Source: Lama guanicoe (Eukaryota). Taken from it: a stretch of DNA of 64,000 nucleotides. The stretch is taken from contig MU054323.1 of the NCBI GenBank assembly GCA_013239625.1, positions 6,127,220 to 6,191,219 of the forward strand, in the 5' to 3' direction. The notes under the pieces are model-generated. The model saw only the letters and a list, made by a program, of their open reading frames with translations, searched no databases and was not told the DNA's origin. The position numbers and the translations under genes were made by a program. Below, in pieces: positions 56,078 through 64,000 of this stretch (position 1 is its first letter; every line of letters starts with the position of its first letter).

Positions 56078-56290
56078 GCTAGGTATTAACAAGTTTTCCT
56101 GTATAAATCCAGAGACTAAATATCTTAGGCTTCTCAGATTATAAGGTCTCTGGCAAATACTCAAAGCTGCCCTTGTAGCATAAAAGCAGCCCTAGACAAC
56201 ATGTAACCAAATGGGCATGCCCGTGTTTCAACTATAAAAACTTCATTTACAAAACCAGGCAGCCAGTTTGTAGTTTGTTGATCCTTGGTT
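56078..56290. mobile_element. MER58A-like hAT MITE
   Basis: aaatatcttaggctt...ttgtagcataaaagcagcc...tttacaaaaccaggc...tagtttgttgatcc. Confidence 0.7.
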
Positions 56291-58025
56291 TACACCATTT
56301 ACTTTTACTATAATTTATATGATTATTAATATGCTTGCTATTTATTCTCTACTTGTCCCATATACTCTTTGTTCCTCTTTTCCTCGCTTCTTTTGCATTA
56401 ACTGTGAACATTTTTATGATTCCACTTTTCTGTCTGTTGGCTTATTAGCTCTAACTATTTGCTACACTATTGCTAGCCCTGTATGAACTTCAAGGAATAG
56501 TCTCTCTTTCTCTGGCCTTAAGTAATTTCCTCACATGAATATGCTAATCAGCATTCAGCTAAAAACTGGAGGAGGATCTTTTGCAGATCTCCCCAGTGTC
56601 CTCTCTCTACAGCTTTCTCCTTCCTGGTACTCTATACCCTGAGAATTTTACCTTCTTTGGCCCCCTTACATTCCCAGCTCTTCCTCTTCAATTCAGGAAG
56701 ACTTCCAGGCTCTATCTAGGTTCTTCCTTCCTGAGCCACAGTGTGGACCCTCTCCAGACATAGTTATAATGCTCAATTTGTTAGCTCCCCATCCTTCAGG
56801 GATCATTTGCCTCATCTCCTGATATCCAAAGTCTTCAAAACTTCTTTGTCATATATTTTGCTGTTTTTCCCCCATTATTTCAAGTAAGAGGAATTCAGTC
56901 CCTTTACTCCATCTTGGCCAAAATCAGAAGTCTCCTGATATCTTTTAAATAATTTTTGAAACCAAATCATGAAATAATTCAAAGTAAAATGTACCTTCAT
57001 TTTTCAAAATTATTGCTCAATAGAGTAACAGTTGGAAGTTGCTTCAAATTTTAACTACTATAAACAAAAAACTACAATGAACATCCTTAGAAGCAGCTAT
57101 GCTTTCAAGCTGAAAATACAGTATTTGTAGCCCATGCAATATTGGGAATTTCTGCCCCTGGCTTTCCACTTAAGCTTAGGAAAAACTAAAAAGAGGTTAA
57201 GATTAAATATAAAGCCACATATCTGGCATAGCATCACTCTAAAATAACTCAGTGATCTTTCTTCTTGGTTTTTTAAACACATGCTTCCTGCCCAAATTCC
57301 TTCCTCAATTAAAGGGGAAAAAAGAATTATTAATTAATTAACAAAAAAAGAACTCCATAAAAATTTCCCACTGTTCTGAAGAACAAGACATTTATTCTAA
57401 AGAGCATCTGCATTTGATGAGGGAACAATTCTTTTTCATGTGCCTTTCATTACAATTCTTTTAAATCATTCATAACTTAGAAGAGTACCTAAGTTTATAC
57501 ATAGCATAGAACTATAAGGCTACAGAATATTAAAATTAGAAGAGATGTCCATATCTTGGATCTTCATCTTTTCTGGGGGGAGGGGTCATCTTAGATCCTT
57601 AAAAGCATGTGATGAAAGTGGAAAAGTATAATATACATGCATATTATTTTGGATGTGGTTATTCAAATACCCTTTCATGCCAAACAGACTTAAAGTCCTT
57701 GCTTTAAAGTTGTACATGAATAATAGTTGCATATTTGCCAGTTCTTTTACTTTGTCTCATACTTTAATATCCTTTAAATCCATGAAATCTAAAAGTAATG
57801 TAAGCACAGCAGAAAAACCCACACACAGTGACTTTGAAGTTAGGACAGATCTTAATCCACTCAGTTGTGTCATATAATATTTGCGGATTTGCACACAAAT
57901 TACATAACCTCTCACAGTCCCAATTTCCCTGTATCTATAAAAATATTACCACCTAGCTTTGCCTTCAATAAAAAGCAATGGCTATTAGGATAAATTGGTG
58001 AGTATCTATAAAATTAATGCAATCA

Positions 58026-58170
58026 GGGGGAAGGAGATATAGCTCAGTGGTTGTCTGTGTGCTTAGCATGAATGAGGCCCTGCGTTTGACCCCCAGTACC
58101 GCCATTAAACAAACAAATAAACAAGCCTAATTATCTCCCCTTCACACACACACACACACACACACAAAAA
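58026..58170 (+). mobile_element. tRNA-derived SINE, Vic-1-like (camelid)
   Basis: gggggaaggagatatagctcagtgg (A box)...gtttgacccccagtacc (B box)...aaataaacaagcctaattatctcccc plus CA/A tail. Confidence 0.8.
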
Positions 58171-58480
58171 CACTACTTTTATGAAGGTAACAACTATTTC
58201 ACTGCATCAATGTTTCTTTTGAACAGAAGTATATTAGCTGCTTTTTTCAACAAAATTAAGAAAGACTCGTAATTTTTTTAAATGAATTTTTATGGGATAA
58301 TTTTCACCCCAAATTATTTCATAAATAAGAAACTTCATTGTATTTCCTGGCTCATATCTGCATTATGTTATTATGTCTCCATTTTATAATTTCTATTTAA
58401 TCTGAGACTCCTTCAGTTAGTAACTAAGAAGAGGACAGTTGATAAAATTTACTCACTGGTCACATTTATTAAGAACATGC

Positions 58481-59730
58481 AGACCTATGGTCAATTAATC
58501 TTTGACAAAGGAGGCAAGAATATATAATGGAGAAAAGACAGTCTCTTCAGAAAGTAGTGTTGGGAAAACTGGATAGCAGCTTGTAAATCAATGAAGTTAG
58601 AACACCCCCTCACACCATACACAAAAATAAACTCAAAATCGCTTAAAGACTTATTTAAGACAAGACACAATAATCTCCTAGAAGAAACATAGGCACTCTC
58701 TGACATAAATCTTACCAATGGTCTCTTAGGGCAGTCTACCCAGGCAATAGAAATAAAAGCAAAAAATAACAAATGGGACCTAATTAAACTTACAAGCTTT
58801 TGCACAGCAAAGGAAACCATAAGCAAAACAAAACAACAACCTACAGAATGGGAGAAAATATTTGCAAATGATGCAACTGATAAAGGTTTAATTTCCAGAA
58901 AATATAAATAGATCATACACCTTAGTAACAAAACAACAAACAACCCAATCCAAAAATGGGCAGAAGACTTAAATAAGCAATTCTCCAATGAAGACATTCC
59001 AAGGGCCAATAGACACATAAAAAAATGCTTAATATCACTAGTTATCAGAGAAATGCAAATCAAAACTACAATGAGGCATCACCTCACACCAGTCAGAATG
59101 GCCATCATTAAAAAGTCCACGAATGATAAATGCTGGAGAGGGTGTGGAAAAAAGGGAACCCTCCTACACTGTTGGTGGAAATGTAGTTTGGTGCAGCCAT
59201 TATGGAAAACAGTATGGGGATTCCTTAAAAAACTAAAAATAGACTTACCATATGATCCAGCAATCCCACTTCTGGGTATACATCTAGAGGGAACTCTAAT
59301 TCAAAAAGATACATTCACTCCAATGTTCATAGCAGCACTATATACAATAGCTAAGACAGGGAAGCAACCTAAATGTCCATCGACAGATGACTGGATAAAG
59401 AAGTTGTGGTATATTTATATAATGGAACACTACTCAGCCATAAAAAAATAAAATAATCCATTTGCAGCAACATAGGATAGACCTAGAGGTCATCATTCTA
59501 AGTGAAGTAAGCCAGAAAGAGAAAGAAAAATACCACATGATATCACTCATATGGGGAATCTAAAAAAAAAAGTGGGGGAAAGGACACTATGAACCCATCT
59601 ACAAAACAGAAACAGACTCAAAAACAATCTTATGATTACTGGGGAAAAGAGGTGGGAAAGGGTAAATTTGGGAGTTTGCGATTTACAGATTTTAGCCACT
59701 ACATATAAAAATAGATTTTAAAAAAAGGAA
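58481..59730 (+). mobile_element. 5'-truncated, relatively young L1 (ORF2 C-terminus plus partial 3'UTR)
   Basis: ORF 59053-59451 [21 protein letters not shown]...[16 protein letters not shown] (ORF2 zinc knuckle); TSD aagaacatRc at 58471-58480 and 59731-59740. Confidence 0.92.
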
Positions 59731-61233
59731 AAGAACATACTCCATACAAGATGCCCATAAAGATCCTGTTCTCAATCAGCTTAGAGTCTAAAACATAGGA
59801 TAAGGATATGTAAATAAGTAATTACTCCAGGGAAAAAAAGAAAAGAATATGTGTCTCAGAAAAGTTACACAGTATTATGGTTCCTAGATGAAGGGATTAC
59901 TTATAACTGGAAGAAAATCAGGAAAAACTTTCATGAACATAACATTTAATATTCCTTGAAGGATAAGTGGGATTTTAAAAGATATGTGTGGTTTTAAAAA
60001 TAATGCACTTTAAACACTGGAAAGAATGTACACACTCCCAGCAGAGGCAATACATTTAACAAAGGTCCTGTAAGTACCAACAGTAAGACTGAGACTTAAA
60101 TTGAGAACTGGGACCATATTTCTTTGAGGATGGTTCCTTCAGGGCTCCCCTCTCTTTTCCTTCTATACACTGCCTATGTGATCTCATTCACTCCTATATG
60201 CTAATGACTCCACTAATGACTCCAACCAGGTCTCTTACTCAAACTTCTCCTAATCTCTGGACACATATATACAACTACTATATACAATGTCTGCATTTTA
60301 TCCAGGTGTTCCAAAGGTAACTCACAATAACACATCCAAAATCAAACTTAGTATACTGCCCATAAATCTATTCCTCCATTGGTTTACTTCTCAGATTCCT
60401 AATGTCCAGACCAAAAACTCTTAGAAGTCATAACTAACTGGTCAGTCACTAGATTTCTGTCAGTCATACCTAACTGGTCAGTCACTAAGTCCCTTATGTT
60501 CAATCTATGCTGCCATTGCAAATGTATCTTAATTGGTTTTCCAACCTTCTTTTCATCATTCCCTTGACCTCTACCCCAAAATCTATACTGCCTTTAATAC
60601 TATACTTTTAAATGCAAATCAAATCATATCACTTTCCGTCTCAAAATCACACAGTGGCTCCTTATCACCTAAGGAATTAACTCTGAAATCCTTATACTGG
60701 AACAAAAGAAGACAGGAAATTTACTATGACATTTATTTATCTGCCAGACTCCCCATGAAGTAGGTTGTAGGCATCTCTCAGGCCAGAGTTGTGTATCTCC
60801 AGCACTGAACATAATTTATACAGAGAGTATTTCACAGATGGATGCTCAGTAAATGGAGATTCAGTGAGTAGGGAAGTGAATAAATTTCCCAACACTCCTC
60901 CACAGACACTCTGTTTTCCAGTCATATTCTCTCTTTTTTATACCTTTGTACACTACTTTTCTCAGCCTAAAATGAATGTCCTTTTTAATCTTGTTCATCT
61001 GCAGGTAGTGTCTTCTGTGCTCTACTCACACTGTATCTAATACAGACCTTATGAAACTGCTCTATAATCATCTGCTGCTGCCTCAAGACAAAATTCAAAA
61101 TTGCCACCTCTACGCTAACTCTGTCCTTCAGTAATCTATTGTAATTACCAATAATTAGATATTTGTCATTCCTATAAAACAGTGAGTTTCTAGATAGTAA
61201 GGATTGTGGCTTATTTATCTCTGTGTATATATC

Positions 61234-61642
61234 TATTATGGGCTGAACTGTGTTCCCCCCACAAAATTCATATATTGAGACTATAAGCCCCAGTATCTCA
61301 GAATTTGACTGTATGTGGAGTAGAGACTTTAAAGAAGTAATCAAAGTAAAAGAAGGTAATAAAACTAGGCCCTAATCCAATCTGACTTGTGTCCTTTTAA
61401 GAAGAGGAAATCTGGAAACACAAGAGATACCAGTGGTACATGGACACAGAGAAAAGACCACGTGAGGACCCAGCAAGGAGGCGGGCATCTGAAAGCAAAA
61501 GAGAGAGGCTTCAGAAGAAACCAAATCTGCCAACACCTTGGTTTTGGACTTTTTCACCTCCAGAACTGGGCAAAATTAATTTCTGGTGTTTAAGCCACCA
61601 GTCTGTGGTATTTTGTTAAGGAAGTCCTAGCAAAGTAATACC
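61234..61642 (+). mobile_element. MLT1 (MaLR) solo LTR inserted in L2
   Basis: tattatgggctgaactgtgttcccc...taagccaccagtctgtggtattttgtta...taatac. Confidence 0.85.
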
Positions 61643-62904
61643 GTAACACACAGCGTAATGTCTGTCACACAATTCTTTATTCAATATACGTTACTGATCT
61701 AAACATCCCTGACTCAAGAGGCAAGGACTGTCATAGTCATCTTTGTATTCTAAACACCCAGCTCCGTAACCAACGCACGGTACTTATAAATACAGACAGA
61801 AAATATGCATGAGTTGGACTGAAGCATAGCCCACAGAGAGCTCCAAAACCTGGAGTGAATCTGTGCGCTATATTCCTAAGTAACCGACACAAAATTCAAG
61901 ATTTTGAGAAGATTTTGAGATTAGGTCTGAAATTTCAGCAAAATTAGGTAAATGATGGTATGTATGTGAATGCACTTGAGGGCTAGAGGAGGGATGCAGT
62001 ACAAGACAAAGAACAGGGAACAGTTAAACATAAAATTATCACATATAGCTGTAAGATAATAATTAGGGTCAAATATCTGATACTAGTCACATTTAGAACC
62101 TACAAGTTAAAATTCTTCTGAGTAACATATTTAATTTCTGTCCACATTATCCTCAAAGGAGAATTTGGGTAAATACTTAGGCAACATGTATAGCTTTGAA
62201 AATGTTGGCTTTTGTCTTCTATGTATATTCTAGTTTCCAACACTCCCGCTACCCTCAAACGGCCAAGTGTTCTGCAAATCAGAATACTAAGCTTTCAAAT
62301 ATTCACAGGAGCTTGTAAAAGTAATACAACATTCATGTAATTTCTATTTGCTACACAACAGATCCCGAGGTTGTTTTTCTAATACATAACAAGTGGTTCC
62401 GTTGCTAAGACAATACAGGCCTCTTAGGCCTCTTGACTAAAGATATGAAAAAAACTGAGCAGAGCCAAATCATGCTTTTGACCTGAATCACTTTTTTTTT
62501 TGCATCTATAACAGTGAAAGAATAAAGTTACAAGTGCACCATTTCAACTCTAACTGTGAGATAAAGCCATATTCTTTGATTATACAAGTGCATTCTGTAG
62601 TAAACAGTTACCAGGTACCAGAAATCACTGCTTCTTTCTCAAAAGTAATATTTCAATGTGGTTATAATTGAGTTACACAGGGAAAAAACATCGGCATTGA
62701 TTCTTTCTACTGGCTTTCTCTAATGGCTCAAATTCATTTTTCACTATCAGTTCCTAGATCTGTTCCAAAATAGGATTAAATTATAAATGTGGCCCAGGGA
62801 ATATAATAAGCATTAAGTACAAAGGGTCATTCTAAAGCAAATATGCAAGTACCCACCAAGGAACCAATTTATGAAAAATTAAAGCACAACATAGATAATG
62901 ATAA

Positions 62905-63200
62905 CAATAATAAAAATATGAATGACTAGCCTTTATGGAATACTTAGGACATCCCAGGCACTATGCTAAGGGCTTAATGTATTCAGGTTGAAACATGAAA
63001 ATGGCAAGTTCGTAAGTTTTAATGTAACACATTTTCTCATCTAATCTCATCTACAACCACTTCAATGAGAAGAGTACTATAATTATCCCTATTTGCAGAT
63101 AAGAAAACTAAAATTTAGAGGACTTAACTCAATCAACTTAAATAACTAGGAACCAAAACTAGGACTAAAGTCTAGGTGTACATTCAAACCCAGGCTATCA
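62905..63200 (-). mobile_element. MIR SINE
   Basis: ccaggcactatgctaag...attatccctatttgcagataagaaaact...attcaaacccagg. Confidence 0.65.
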
Positions 63201-64000
63201 TTACCTACTACGCAGTAGGAGTAAACTCTGTGCTGTGAAAAACTAACAGAATGAGGGTTAGGCACTCAAGGACTCTCACCCACTGCTCAAGACCACTATA
63301 TAGACTCTCGAACAGTTGTACCTCACCAAGAATCCAGGAAGGGAATCAAATGAGGCTGATATCCAATCCAGCCCATTCTTTACCAGCCAAATTGTAGCCC
63401 TGCTGCAGATGCCATCTACACTGAAAAAGAGATTCTCTCATTCACACAAAATTGCTACACTGGCTAACAAGTTGCCTTAATACTGCTAGCAGAAAATTTT
63501 AAAAACTGTGAGAAAATTTTAACAACTTAGATTAAAAGCCTTAAAAGAGATATACATCCTTTGATCCAGAAATTTCATTTTAAGGAATTTATCTTAAGGA
63601 AATAATTAAGGATGTACATAAAATTTATGCTATATTCATCAATGTTATAAAAAACACTAAAATATCTAGTATGTCCAACAATAGTGTACTAACTATTACA
63701 GTATAGCCATATGACTAAAATTATGTGATAGAAATATAAGAAAGTTTATAAAGTTACATCTTGATTTTAGGAAATACATTATGTATATATGTATTTCATA
63801 TATAATATATCTATATGTGAAAGAGAAAGAAGGAGAAAACACTAGGTAATAGGACTATAGGTTACTTTAATTTTCTTCATTTTTATACTGTTTTTCTATA
63901 TGACATAAAGAAAAGTTTAAAAAAAAAAAAGCTTAACAAACAACAAAAACTACAAGAGATAAATGACCTAATACAAAGCTTAGAAACTGTTAGATACCAC

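Noticed and set aside
58038..58105. tRNA gene
   Set aside because: A and B boxes belong to a SINE head; no cloverleaf; SINE body and tail follow
58491..59063. 190-aa hydrophobic minus-strand ORF
   Set aside because: Antisense frame of L1 ORF2, a common source of spurious membrane-protein predictions

Overview
Mammalian genomic DNA, most likely a camelid (one Vic-1-like tRNA-derived SINE, cetartiodactyl-type L1 3' ends). It holds the 3' halves of two convergent genes. On +, the last eight coding exons and 3'UTR of KLHL29 (BTB-BACK-Kelch; 1234-~16090) lie in GC-rich DNA. On -, the last six coding exons and ~3.4 kb 3'UTR of ATAD2B (bromodomain end, acidic linker, C-terminal domain; 52092-~36245) lie in AT-rich, L1/L2/MIR-rich DNA. 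All exon phases join into intact reading frames. Apart from L1 remnants, nearly all other ORF-track entries are noise. I see no prokaryote-style novel system. The best leads are: a candidate in-frame alternative 3' exon path giving ATAD2B a new C-terminus (30957-30846, then 22743-22691); a candidate poison microexon cluster in an ATAD2B intron; a perfect 20-bp hairpin at 52683-52730; a polyadenylated, TSD-flanked LTR-like fragment at 17415-17607; and three miR-29 8mer sites in the ATAD2B 3'UTR. Repeat family names and boundaries are by eye and approximate.
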